Shown here piece by piece: positions 1-10,093 of a stretch of DNA of 64,000 bases (the stretch's first letter is position 1; the number at the start of each line of letters is the position of its first letter). The notes beneath the pieces were generated by a model. That model was given only the letters and a program-made list of their open reading frames with translations, was not told the origin of the DNA and did not search any database. The stretch is from Spirochaetia bacterium (GTDB lineage Bacteria; Spirochaetota; Spirochaetia; SP-2023): NCBI GenBank assembly GCA_965225855.1, contig CBDDCK010000005.1, positions 640,001 to 704,000 of the forward strand. Direction: 5' to 3'. The translations under genes were made by a program, and so were the position numbers.

Positions 1-2
1 TT

Positions 3-275
3 TCCAATGTTGAGTATATGCATGATATGTTTAGCGGTGCCAGTGCTTTTAACCAGCCTTTGAATAAATGGAATGTTTCCAAAGTAAAGTCTATGGATTA
101 TATGTTTTACGGTACCTCTAATTTTAGCCAAAACCTTAATAAATGGAAGCTAACGGCAGTTACCACTTGCAAGCAGATGTTCTACAGTAGTAATATGCCC
201 AAGCGTGTGCAAAATATAGGAAACCCAAGGCCTAAAGCAAATTCTATTGGCTGCAATCCATCGGCCGACTCATAG
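3..275 (+). CDS. BspA/DUF285-type surface repeat protein, C-terminal part (5' truncated by window)
   Basis: Repeats 'MFSGASAFNQPLNKWNVSKVKSMDYMFYGTSNFSQNLNKW' typical of DUF285; frame open to the window edge. Confidence 0.8.
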   Translation, partial: SNVEYMHDMFSGASAFNQPLNKWNVSKVKSMDYMFYGTSNFSQNLNKWKLTAVTTCKQMFYSSNMPKRVQNIGNPRPKANSIGCNPSADS

Positions 276-334
276 CCAAAACCATAGTTTGCTTTGTAAC
301 TTTGTTGCGCAATAAAGCAAGGCATTGTTTCAGT

Positions 335-500
335 GCGGAAATCTGTATGATAGCAAGGCCGATCAAGACCTTGATCCAATGCGGAAAGATATATTATAGC
401 AAGGCCGATCAAGACCTTGATCCAATGCGGAAAGCTGTATTATAGCAATGCCGATCAAGACCTTGATCGAATTGGGAAAGCTATATTATAGCAATGCGGA
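335..500. repeat. Tandem 46-bp repeat (~3.5 units) with internal palindrome GATCAAG-AC-CTTGATC; same family as 36235-36340 in opposite orientation
   Basis: GCGGAAAGATATATTATAGCAAGGCCGATCAAGACCTTGATCCAAT-like units start at 335, 381, 427 and ~473. Confidence 0.85.
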
Positions 501-1009
501 GTAATGTGGGGTATTTGGGCAAATTGTTGCGTGTTGCCCTGCTTATGGGGCTTTCAGAGGGTGCTTGACGGGATTGGAAGTGGTTTATAGTTAGCCTACC
601 GTTTTTCACTTCTTTGTTTGACTTTGCCCAACACCTTTTTATATGGTCTCCATATTATATGGTCTCCATAGCAGATCAATAATGAAAAGCCACAATAGCC
701 CCCACCTCAACACCAAACCAATAACGGCTCCAACCCCCAACTAACACCCCAAAGCAACAAACCCGATCGACACTGTATTGTCAAAATTCTTTGCGTGAAG
801 AGCCGCAACTATATAGTGATAAGAGACCCAGCTAAATAAAGAGAAGCCCATATAGCCCAAGCTAAAGTACCCTAACACAAAAAAAGTACAAAAAAACTTA
901 CAAAAAGCTTGTATAGGCCTTGACGCAACACCCCCCCTAGCAAAATGGGGATTTACAGACTAGCCCGTATGGGTTGGTTAATCTTTATCCATTGTTGGAG
1001 GTATTGCTT

Positions 1010-3124
1010 ATGTATAAGCTCAAACTACTTTTATTGCCTGTAGCCTGGCTACTGGCCTTTATGGCCTTGGCCTGCGCCCCACCCGATGACGATGATCGAT
1101 CTTCTGGGCCATCTTCTGGGCCGTCTATCAATAATGCCATCTACGACTTTGCTACGGCTCTGTTAACCGTACAAGGTACTGACTTAAGTCCTACAGAAGC
1201 CCAAATCCAAACCATCGTAGTAGATGGCATAGCTTTAGATTCCTATACTGCAGATGACCCAGCCACTGGGCCAGATAATAGCAATCTGGCAAAAGGTAAG
1301 TACCGTATTAAAAGCGATGGCACAGCGCTTTGGCTTAGACTTACCGATCAACATAAAGCTGCTCTTCAGACCAAGGTGGGTATGAATACCAATGGTCTAA
1401 AAAAAGGGTTGCTTACTAGCTCTGGTGCTTGGGCGGGTTTAAATACACCTAAAGACTTGGACGTTAGGAATGTACCCGATAAGCAGTCTAAAGTATCCGA
1501 TGACAATCAGCCATCTAAGCAAACTGAAGACGAACAAGCTGAAGAAGAGTCGCCTAAGCAATCTAAAGACGAACAAGACGAACAAGACGAACAAGACGAA
1601 CAAGACGAACAAGACGAACAAGCTGAAGAGGAGTCGCCTAAAGCTGCAATTACCGGTGCAAGCTACAATGTTGGCACGGCGCTGTTAACCTTGCAAGGTT
1701 CTAACTTAAGTCCTACAACTGCGACCCAAGCCCAAATCCAAACCATCGTAGTAGATGGCATAGCTTTAGATTCCTATATTGCAGATGCCACAGCCACTGG
1801 GCCAGATAGTCGCGGTCTTGCAAAAGGTAAGTACCGTATGAAAAGCGATGGCACAGCGCTTTGGCTTTACCTTACCGATACCGATAAAGCTACTCTGAAT
1901 GGCAAGACAGGTATGGATAGCAATGGTCTAAAAGATGGGTTGCTTACTAGCTCTGGTGCTTGGGCGGGTTTAGATACAGCCAAAGCCTTGGCCGTTAGTG
2001 GAAACCCCGCACCCACAATTACCCGTGCAACCTATGATGTTACTATAGGCTTCTTAGTGATTACAGGTACTAATTTACCAAAAGCAGTTACAGGCTGGGA
2101 CTTTAGCAAATTGACGCTTGTATCCGGTGATGGTAGTAATAGATTCACATTACCCCGGCATAACAGCAAAACCTATGGTTATGGAAGTAGAAACAGAGCC
2201 ACAGGTTCTAGTGCAAGTGCAACAGGCTTACAGATTACTTTAATTGGTAGTGTAAAAACGGAAGCCGAGAAGATACTGGTTAAGGAAGGTCTTCGTGATG
2301 CTAATGGTGCATACAACCTGGAAGCAGCAGCAGGATTTGCAGGTGGTAGCGCTGAAGACACAAGCAATCCTATTACCGTTAGCGGGTATACAGCCAGCAT
2401 CACCAAAGCAACCTACGATGCTAATACAGGCGAGTTATATATTATTGGTATCAAGTTACCGACATCAATTGCAAGATGGGACTTTAGCAAATTGACACTT
2501 GTATCCGGTGATGGTAGTAAGAGATACCCATTACCCGAGCACGCAATAGGTGAAAACACAGCCACAGGTTCTCGTCCAGGTGTAACCTACTTAACGATTA
2601 CTTTAAGCGGTAGTGTAAAAGCGGAAGCCGAGAAGATACTGGTTAAGGAAGGTCTTCGTGATGCTAATGGTGCATACAACCTGGAAGCAGCAGCAGGCTT
2701 TGCAGGTGGTAGCGCAGAAGACACAAGCAACCCGATTACCGTTAGCGGGTATGTAGCCAGCATCAACTTCGTATCATATATAGCTAGTACAGGCCAGTTA
2801 ATTATTAGTGGTAGCAGGTTACCGACAGCAGTTGCAGACTGGGACTTTAGCAAATTGACACTTGTATCCGGTGATGGTAGTAAGAGATTCACATTACCAC
2901 GGCACTCAACCGAAGGTGCAAATAGAGTCACAGGTTCTCGTGCAAGTGCAACAGGCTTAGACATTACTTTAAGCGGTAGTGTAAAAGCGGAAGTCGAGAA
3001 GATACTGGTTAAGGCTGGTAAAAGTGATAATAATGGTGCATATAACCTGGAAGCAGCAGCAGAATTTGTACCTGGTAGCACAGCAGACCCAACCACTAGT
3101 ATTCAATTTATAAATGCTAAGTAG
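1010..3124 (+). CDS. Surface lipoprotein with two copies of one module, an acidic linker and three copies of a second beta-rich (Ig-like?) module
   Basis: GGAGG before ATG 1010; signal peptide MYKLKLLLLPVAWLLAFMALA-C (lipobox); internal repeats QIQTIVVDGIALDSY x2 and WDFSKLTLVSGDG x3. Confidence 0.85.
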   Translation: MYKLKLLLLPVAWLLAFMALACAPPDDDDRSSGPSSGPSINNAIYDFATALLTVQGTDLSPTEAQIQTIVVDGIALDSYTADDPATGPDNSNLAKGKYRIKSDGTALWLRLTDQHKAALQTKVGMNTNGLKKGLLTSSGAWAGLNTPKDLDVRNVPDKQSKVSDDNQPSKQTEDEQAEEESPKQSKDEQDEQDEQDEQDEQDEQAEEESPKAAITGASYNVGTALLTLQGSNLSPTTATQAQIQTIVVDGIALDSYIADATATGPDSRGLAKGKYRMKSDGTALWLYLTDTDKATLNGKTGMDSNGLKDGLLTSSGAWAGLDTAKALAVSGNPAPTITRATYDVTIGFLVITGTNLPKAVTGWDFSKLTLVSGDGSNRFTLPRHNSKTYGYGSRNRATGSSASATGLQITLIGSVKTEAEKILVKEGLRDANGAYNLEAAAGFAGGSAEDTSNPITVSGYTASITKATYDANTGELYIIGIKLPTSIARWDFSKLTLVSGDGSKRYPLPEHAIGENTATGSRPGVTYLTITLSGSVKAEAEKILVKEGLRDANGAYNLEAAAGFAGGSAEDTSNPITVSGYVASINFVSYIASTGQLIISGSRLPTAVADWDFSKLTLVSGDGSKRFTLPRHSTEGANRVTGSRASATGLDITLSGSVKAEVEKILVKAGKSDNNGAYNLEAAAEFVPGSTADPTTSIQFINAK
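1568..1621 (+). repeat. In-frame 9-bp tandem repeat (GACGAACAA)x6 encoding (DEQ)6
   Basis: Directly visible. Confidence 0.95.
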
Positions 3125-3348
3125 GGTTTGGTTGTTGCAACGCTTGCATTGGCCAATTGCAGCCTTGGTAAGTTTTTTATCAAGGCTGCTTTTATCAATT
3201 ATAGCCAAATGCCAGACCTCAAAAGTTATAAAGACCGCATTATCTACCAGATTAAAGGCATTCGACAACACCGCTGGACTCCTTTTCGACTATGGCGCAC
3301 AGCCAACGCAGAAGGGGAAATGATTGGCAAATTTTTGAAGTAATTTTT

Positions 3349-4791
3349 TTAAAGTAACTCAAAAGCCGTGCCAGCTAAGAAATCACTTAACGGTGTATCT
3401 TGTTTGGAAAACAAATCGGACTGGCTATATTCCAGCGGTAAAACCAAACGCAGCATGGTTAGCGATTTGCGAAAATCTTCGAGCGTGCTGGGTTGCAGAA
3501 CCGTAGAACTTTGCATAAAGGGCAAGACCTTTTGCCCATGTTGTATCCACTGCCGTTGCACCCCAAGGGGTTGGGAAACATAAATATCTTTGATTTCCAT
3601 TTTTTTGGGGCCCGTCAAATCCAACATTACCTGCCAAACTTTTAAAGAATGAAGACTGTAGCGTTGTTGTAAATATTGGTGTAAATTGCTACACAATTTG
3701 AGCCGTTGGCTGCGGTTGCGCAACTGCGTTAAAAATTCTTTATCGGCTTTGCCCAAACACAATTCATCGACCACAACAAAATGGCGCGGCTCTTGGGCCA
3801 ACAAGCACAAAGCTTTTTCCGAGATATTCAAATGGGTAAACAAAGAGGGAAAGCTATCATCATCGCTACAAAATATTTGTTCTTCATTGAGCAAACCAGA
3901 TTCTAGCGCACAGGCCACGCCTTCTACCACCGGCGCCGAAAGTGCCCGAACGTTGCGGTGCCAATATACCGTGCGAAACATTAAATAGCGCGAAAAAGTT
4001 AAACTTTCGATAATGGTTAGGCCACGCCCCGGAATGCAAATACGAAACGGCGATTCTCGCTTTGTTTCTCCTTTTATTTCTTGTGTTTGCAAAATTTCTG
4101 TATCGAGATGGCACAAGTGAACTTGCGATAAAAGATATTCCAAATCCTGAATGCCGTAGGGCACACCGCAATAATAGGCATCGCGGTTCAGATAATCCAA
4201 CTTATCTGGGTCTAGCGTACCCGAAAGTAAAGAACGATATAACAGCCCTTCACTTTGTTCTTCTGAGGCAGTCGAAACCATCGAGGGCAAGGGCAACGAT
4301 TGATCAACCAGTGCCGCAACCAATGCCGGTGCAGTGCCTAGCTCCTTGGTGAGGATCGAGGCTATCGGTTCGTTCAAAATACAACGAGCAGATATTTGTT
4401 CATGCTCAACTGACAGCCCTTCTAAAATATGTGCATAGGGGAAATGCCCTAGATCATGAAGTAAAGCTGCAGCCAAGAAAGCCTTTGCCCCTTCCAAGCT
4501 AGGGCTAAAGCCAGCAGGAATACTATTCTTACTGGACAACAAAGCAAGCAACAAACGGCGCGCCATCCAAAAAACCCCAATGCTGTGCTCAAAGCGAGTA
4601 TGGCGCGCACCGGGGTAGACCAACGTTGCCGAACTAAGCTGGCGTATACCACTAAGGCGCAAAAAAGGCTGCGAATGAATTAGCTTTTGAAACGCCTGAT
4701 TTAAATAAACATGCTTCCACAGCGGGTCGCGTAGCGGAATATCAAAAGCGTTTTGCAAATAAGCAATCACTTCAGAACAAACTTTGGTCAT
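3349..4791 (-). CDS. HD-superfamily phosphohydrolase (SAMHD1/dNTPase-like)
   Basis: IRQL..VYPGARHTRFEHSIG, LLHDLGHFPYAH, LDPDKLDYLNRD motifs. Confidence 0.9.
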   Translation of the reverse strand: MTKVCSEVIAYLQNAFDIPLRDPLWKHVYLNQAFQKLIHSQPFLRLSGIRQLSSATLVYPGARHTRFEHSIGVFWMARRLLLALLSSKNSIPAGFSPSLEGAKAFLAAALLHDLGHFPYAHILEGLSVEHEQISARCILNEPIASILTKELGTAPALVAALVDQSLPLPSMVSTASEEQSEGLLYRSLLSGTLDPDKLDYLNRDAYYCGVPYGIQDLEYLLSQVHLCHLDTEILQTQEIKGETKRESPFRICIPGRGLTIIESLTFSRYLMFRTVYWHRNVRALSAPVVEGVACALESGLLNEEQIFCSDDDSFPSLFTHLNISEKALCLLAQEPRHFVVVDELCLGKADKEFLTQLRNRSQRLKLCSNLHQYLQQRYSLHSLKVWQVMLDLTGPKKMEIKDIYVSQPLGVQRQWIQHGQKVLPFMQSSTVLQPSTLEDFRKSLTMLRLVLPLEYSQSDLFSKQDTPLSDFLAGTAFELL

Positions 4792-4851
4792 AAAACCCTG
4801 CGATAACCCTTGTATTTGATATTCTCAACTAAACCGTGAATTATCCAATTT

Positions 4852-6630
4852 TTATTCTTTGGCAGCCTCAATTTGCTTTTGGACAAATTTTTCAATCTCG
4901 GCAATTTTTGTTGCCGTTTCACTGCGCCCTAAATCTCCTTTGGCCAGACTTTTGCAAGAAGCGTAAAATTTAATTTTTGGCTCTGTTCCCGAAGGGCGGG
5001 CCGTGATAACTGAGCCATCGCTGCCATAAAGTTGCAAAACGTTTGACTTGGGTAAATCAATATCTTGTTTGGATTCACCACTAACTAAAGTTGTAGTGCC
5101 ATTTGCATAATCCTTATACTGTGCAATTTCAATATTGCCAATTGCTTTTGGTTTATCCTTGCGCAGCGTCTCCATTATTTTGTTCATCGTTTCCAGACCT
5201 TGGGAGCCCTCAAAATAATAGTTGATCAACGTTTCTTGGTAAAAACCATAGCGGTCGTAAATATCGTTTAGATAAGCTAGCAATGAGCGGCCTTGCTGTA
5301 AATTCCACATGGCCATTTCCACCGTCATCGTACTGGCCGAAATAGCATCTTTATCGCGTGCATGGCTATCAATTAGGTATCCATAACTTTCTTCACAACC
5401 AAAAATATATTGATATTTTTGGTTATGTTCCCATTCGCGTATTAGTGCACCAATAAATTTAAAGCCTGTCAAAACTTTAAAATCGGCAACCCCGTAAGAC
5501 TTTGCAATCTCATTTTGCAAATTACTAGTTACAATGGTATTGACAAATGCTGCATTGTCTGGCAACTTGTCTTGTTCTTTGAGGGTCGAAAACAAATAAT
5601 CGCACAGCATGGCACCCAATTGATTGCCCGAAATCAAAATATATTCGCCATTTTTATCTGGTACTGCAATTCCCATACGGTCGGCATCAGGATCGGTACC
5701 CAAGACTAAATCCGCCTTTCGTTGTTTAGCATGGGAGAGAGCCAATTCCATAGCAGGGGCAATTTCAGGGTTGGGAAACTGCGTAGTTGGGAAATTGCCA
5801 TCGGGCTCGGCTTGTTCTGGGACAGTAAAAACTTGGACTCCCATTTTTGCCAGAGCCCTTTCTATGCTTTGCCTTCCCGCACCATGTAAAGGGGTGTAGA
5901 CTAATTCTAACGAATGCTGTTTTACTAGCTCGGGACGCAGCGATTGAGCTGCAACCATATCGATATATGGCTGGTCAATTTCTTCATCGATCCAGCATAA
6001 AAGCCCTTTATTCAGAGCCTCGTCTTCAGAAATACTTGGCAAATCGCCCGCTACCGAATTTACCTTAGCAATAATCTCTTTATCGTGGGGAGTGATAACT
6101 TGAGCACCGTCATTCCAATAGACTTTGTATCCGTTATATTTTGCCGGGTTGTGGCTAGCTGTAACCACAATGCCTGAACAACAACCCAATTTCTGCACAG
6201 CAAACGATAATTCTGGAGTAGGGCGCAGGCTGGTAAACACCGTGCTGCGAATGCCATTGGCTGCCAAAATCAAGGCTGCTTCCTTGGCAAACAATGCCGA
6301 ATAATTGCGGCTATCATATGCAAGGCAAACATGTCGCTGTTCTTCAGCTACATTTTCGCAAATATAGAGGGCCAACCCTTGGGTGGCCTTGCGAATTGTG
6401 TAACAATTTAAGCGGTTTAAGCCTCCGCCAATTTCGCCACGCAGCCCCCCTGTGCCAAAATCCAAAGATTTGTAAAAACGCTCATACAATTCTGTTTTGT
6501 ATTTTTCTCTGTCTATATTCTTTGGCGTTCTATCGAGTTTTTCCAGCAAATCTGCCACTTGCTGCCGAAATACTAGAAATTGTTCGTCCTTTATATATTG
6601 CTCTGCTAACATAAGAATATCATCTGTCAT
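4852..6630 (-). CDS. pgm: Phosphoglucomutase/phosphomannomutase
   Basis: FGTGGLRG, VTASHNP, DPDADR, EESYG, RPSGTEPKIK motifs. Confidence 0.92.
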   Translation of the reverse strand: MTDDILMLAEQYIKDEQFLVFRQQVADLLEKLDRTPKNIDREKYKTELYERFYKSLDFGTGGLRGEIGGGLNRLNCYTIRKATQGLALYICENVAEEQRHVCLAYDSRNYSALFAKEAALILAANGIRSTVFTSLRPTPELSFAVQKLGCCSGIVVTASHNPAKYNGYKVYWNDGAQVITPHDKEIIAKVNSVAGDLPSISEDEALNKGLLCWIDEEIDQPYIDMVAAQSLRPELVKQHSLELVYTPLHGAGRQSIERALAKMGVQVFTVPEQAEPDGNFPTTQFPNPEIAPAMELALSHAKQRKADLVLGTDPDADRMGIAVPDKNGEYILISGNQLGAMLCDYLFSTLKEQDKLPDNAAFVNTIVTSNLQNEIAKSYGVADFKVLTGFKFIGALIREWEHNQKYQYIFGCEESYGYLIDSHARDKDAISASTMTVEMAMWNLQQGRSLLAYLNDIYDRYGFYQETLINYYFEGSQGLETMNKIMETLRKDKPKAIGNIEIAQYKDYANGTTTLVSGESKQDIDLPKSNVLQLYGSDGSVITARPSGTEPKIKFYASCKSLAKGDLGRSETATKIAEIEKFVQKQIEAAKE

Positions 6631-6696
6631 TTGATTTACTTCCTTCTATCATGGTCGAAAATTATGAAAATTATTTTATAGCATTTTCTGGATTTT

Positions 6697-7215
6697 CTAA
6701 TCTTTGCCAAACCTTAGCTTGTCATCATTTTGGAATAATAATTCCAATTCCGCATCTGAAACCATTACATTTTCATTATCACTTTCTTTATTGCAATTGA
6801 GGAATTCTTTGGCTAATTTTTCATTGCCATCACTAATTTTGACAATCGTTTTGCGCCATTCTTCATAATTTTTTTGCAATAGTTCCCTAAGAAAATTTTT
6901 TGGTGAATCCATGGCACTGCGCAAAAATATTAAAAACGCATGCTTTACCCGAAACAATTGATGGGTTAGCTCGGCAAAATTCAGCAACTGATTTCGATCG
7001 TCTAGCAAACGCTCATGCTCTTCCAACAAGCGGGCAATATTGCGCACTTCTTCAATAATCTGGACATTAAAAATATTGCCGTTGACTTCTAATTCCAGCA
7101 ATTCTTGCAGTATTTTTATGCGATTGCGCAAAAAGAAAAAATTATCATTGAAGTAAATTTGTTCCATGCGGTCAATCTTAACTAGGAAAAGTCTCGGGTG
7201 CAAATACTCCAGCAT
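6697..7215 (-). CDS. Helical hypothetical protein (start may be ATG 7167)
   Basis: 172-aa ORF in operon-like position between dgkA and pgm. Confidence 0.6.
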   Translation of the reverse strand: MLEYLHPRLFLVKIDRMEQIYFNDNFFFLRNRIKILQELLELEVNGNIFNVQIIEEVRNIARLLEEHERLLDDRNQLLNFAELTHQLFRVKHAFLIFLRSAMDSPKNFLRELLQKNYEEWRKTIVKISDGNEKLAKEFLNCNKESDNENVMVSDAELELLFQNDDKLRFGKD

Positions 7216-7221
7216 TATTTT

Positions 7222-7701
7222 TTAATAAGCGAACAAGTTTTTTAAATACGGCCCAAAAACAAGAATGCTTTGTATTGTTGCATGGATTGCACTTAGCAGG
7301 ACGAAAGCTGCTGCAATATCTTTAGCCATCATCGCCAAATAATTGAATTTTCGTTCGTAGATGTCTACCATATATTCTAAGGCAGTGTTGGCCAATTCAG
7401 CCCCAAGTACTTGAAAAATAGAAAATAAAATAATGCTCCATTCATTTTTGTTCAGTTGCCAGTAAAAGCCTAATAGCGCAACTGCAACCGCAAAAAATAG
7501 CTCAAGACGAAAATTGCGTTGGGTGCGAAACGCGTAGTAGAGGCCGCGAAAAGCCCAGCGAAAACTGGCAAAAGGGCTATGCTGATGCAATTGGTCAATC
7601 TCACTAAACCCTTGCTCAGCATTATCTTTTAATTGCTGTGCTAAATTTTGGTGGTATTGGTATGCTTTAGAAGTTGTGTTTTTTGCTTTTTTTGTATTCA
7701 T
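7222..7701 (-). CDS. dgkA: Diacylglycerol/undecaprenol kinase family protein
   Basis: SFRWAFRGL..QRNFR, ELANTALEYMVD, AKDIAAAFV motifs. Confidence 0.88.
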   Translation of the reverse strand: MNTKKAKNTTSKAYQYHQNLAQQLKDNAEQGFSEIDQLHQHSPFASFRWAFRGLYYAFRTQRNFRLELFFAVAVALLGFYWQLNKNEWSIILFSIFQVLGAELANTALEYMVDIYERKFNYLAMMAKDIAAAFVLLSAIHATIQSILVFGPYLKNLFAY

Positions 7702-7895
7702 AATTTTATGATTTAGCTTTAAGCTTATCTGCCATTAATGTCAATCCCTAGCTTTTGAAATTTAATTTTTGTATAAAACCCAAACAGACGCTTAACTACA
7801 GACAAAAAAAGTAACTCCACTATATTTTGATTTTGCGTAAAGCCTCCCTGAATATTAGGATTTGGTACTCTCTACAAATAAACAATTGAAGTAAA

Positions 7896-9083
7896 ATGGT
7901 AACAGTCGTGATACAACATTTAATCAAAGTAAAACCATATCAATGTATATTTTGTATTGGAATCGTGTTTCTTTGGCCTGCAAGTATTATCAGCTGTACT
8001 AAATTCAAAAGAGAGCCGGGCCCCACCAACCAAATGTCCCAATTACTTACCGAGCCAGAGCGTTGGCAAAGCTATACACCTAAACAACGTTTTGCTATGT
8101 ACAATAATATGTTGAGTCTCTACCATAAAGAAGGCTATATAAAGTTAAAAATCGAACCCAAAAAACAAGCGACTTTTCGTATAGATACCCAGCGTCTCGA
8201 TGATATTTTTATCTCTCTTATCAATACCAATCCAGAAGACCCTTACAATAGTTATTATCTGTATAATATCGCTGGTAATTATATTGAACGCGGAGAAAAA
8301 GTAATGGGTTTATGGCTTTTGCGTTCTATGTACCAGCAATTCCCAGATTTAAGCTTGACAAATTACCCCAGTATTCACTATTTATTTTTAGATGCCTTAG
8401 GACGTATGGAAGATAATGTTGACTACCGAATTGATGCAATCCAAAAAATTTTAGCCCGTTATAACCAACAACAATTGAGCCTTATGGAAGAAAATACAGC
8501 AAATCCGCGGGGTGTTTGGCTTTATCGTTTAGGTAAAGCATATGAAATGAAGGCAACAGAAATGCTCTATGTAAACCCAAAATTGGCAGACGAAAACTTA
8601 AAAGCTGGGATGAAAGTCTACAATCAATTTTTTCGTATGGACTCGGTTTTTGTTCCCGAAGAACCCAATGCGCGCAACGTTGTGGCTAGCAAAATAAGTA
8701 TTTACAATGCTCGGCGGAATTGGTATACAGACCCAAGTTTGGAAAATCTAATTCAGAAAGTTCAATATGCAATACAAAATAACGATATTAATAATGTGTT
8801 ACGGTATCAGGCCAATGGTTTTTTTGTTTTAAGCTCTGACTATCGAGATGAAGTTAGCCGTATTGGTAGCGATATTTATTTGCCCTATTTTTTAGGTGGA
8901 GTGATACAGTTTGGCAATTTAACACCCGAGTCTAACGACAAAGAAGCTTGGCTTTACAGTACCAACTGGCCATTTCATCTAACGACATGGTACTTGTATT
9001 TTCACAAGATAGATTATCCGGTATCTCCAGAAATTGATGGTAATTGGGAGTGGGCTGGAATTTATTTAGGAGATTTTTATTAG
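7896..9083 (+). CDS. Spirochaete-type TPR-like putative lipoprotein
   Basis: Hydrophobic stretch ending IISC; helical repeats; C-terminal WEWAGIYLG. Confidence 0.65.
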   Translation: MVTVVIQHLIKVKPYQCIFCIGIVFLWPASIISCTKFKREPGPTNQMSQLLTEPERWQSYTPKQRFAMYNNMLSLYHKEGYIKLKIEPKKQATFRIDTQRLDDIFISLINTNPEDPYNSYYLYNIAGNYIERGEKVMGLWLLRSMYQQFPDLSLTNYPSIHYLFLDALGRMEDNVDYRIDAIQKILARYNQQQLSLMEENTANPRGVWLYRLGKAYEMKATEMLYVNPKLADENLKAGMKVYNQFFRMDSVFVPEEPNARNVVASKISIYNARRNWYTDPSLENLIQKVQYAIQNNDINNVLRYQANGFFVLSSDYRDEVSRIGSDIYLPYFLGGVIQFGNLTPESNDKEAWLYSTNWPFHLTTWYLYFHKIDYPVSPEIDGNWEWAGIYLGDFY

Positions 9084-9085
9084 CA

Positions 9086-10072
9086 ATGGTGAAAAAATAC
9101 TGCAAACAGATCAATCTAAAAATCTTTTGGATTCTTCTGTTGTTTCTTTTTTGCATTTTTTATGGTGCGCTGAATATGTTGGTTGCTCAAGTTGGAGGTG
9201 GAGCTGGCAGCCAAGATAGCAGAGCCAATATAAATAACCAAAATGTGTCTATAGCCGATCAACAAATGGAGCAGGCAAATTTTTCTACAAAGAAAGAATA
9301 TTCTCTAAATGCTTTTGTAAACTGGGATAAAAAATTGCTTCAAATTAAAATTTCCGTGCCAGTTAAAAAACTGGAATTACAAACGCGCTACTATGTGAAC
9401 GCGATTCTTGAAAGCTATTTTTCTGTTTGGCTTTATGATTCTGTCAAAAATCTACAAATTAATTCACAACAAACCCTAAAAGATATTTGGGGTAGTACAT
9501 CGCTAAAAAATCTTTATATGCTTTTAAAGGATATATTGAAGAAAAAATATTCCGTATTTTACCCGAACCTAAAATCTTTTTCGACTGTGTATGAAATTAG
9601 CTTGTATCCGAATTTAGTTCGTTTTTGGGCCGATGAGCAATTTAAAGCAGAAAAATTGCCCTCTGCTGTTTTGAATGCCAATGGAACCGAATTTACAGGG
9701 TTAATTATTTATGTTCAAAATCAATTGCCCGTTCGCGCAGACCCTTACGGCACCAAGAAATTCAAGCGGGCATTATTCCCTAAGATATATAATGAAAATT
9801 TGCGCTTGATAATGAACTACCGCAATGTAGAAAAAGAAATATTATTACAACGTGGAATGCTCAGTTATGATATGAAAGAGAATGAAGCACAGCATAAGAA
9901 TTTTATAGGCAGCTTTCCGTTTCGTATTGTTGCTCGTGAATTATTTGGTGAGGAGCCCACCGATATTATCATCAGTAATTCTGATGCCAATTTTATATTG
10001 GAAAATGTCTATATGAGAAAGGCTCTACAGCAGGGAAAAATTTTGATATTGTATGATGAATTGGCTTTTTGA
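9086..10072 (+). CDS. Conserved exported hypothetical protein
   Basis: Signal-like N-terminus; FTGLIIY...ALFPKIY...PTDIIIS...ALQQGKILI motifs; operon position. Confidence 0.6.
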   Translation: MVKKYCKQINLKIFWILLLFLFCIFYGALNMLVAQVGGGAGSQDSRANINNQNVSIADQQMEQANFSTKKEYSLNAFVNWDKKLLQIKISVPVKKLELQTRYYVNAILESYFSVWLYDSVKNLQINSQQTLKDIWGSTSLKNLYMLLKDILKKKYSVFYPNLKSFSTVYEISLYPNLVRFWADEQFKAEKLPSAVLNANGTEFTGLIIYVQNQLPVRADPYGTKKFKRALFPKIYNENLRLIMNYRNVEKEILLQRGMLSYDMKENEAQHKNFIGSFPFRIVARELFGEEPTDIIISNSDANFILENVYMRKALQQGKILILYDELAF

Positions 10073-10093
10073 CAATGTGTTATATGTAGGCGA

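Noticed and set aside
335..500. 46-bp tandem repeat as a second CRISPR array
   Set aside because: Units are contiguous with no unique spacers
640..670. Direct repeat TATATGGTCTCCATA x2
   Set aside because: Short local duplication with no supporting context for an operator
1234..1241. Flank TTTAGATT of the self-matching site fits the Neisseria N4GATT PAM
   Set aside because: This Cas9 C-terminus looks unlike NmeCas9 and other inferred flanks lack GATT; probably coincidence
3128..3343. Short ORF after the lipoprotein gene
   Set aside because: No recognisable family or RBS; possibly a fragment but unsupported
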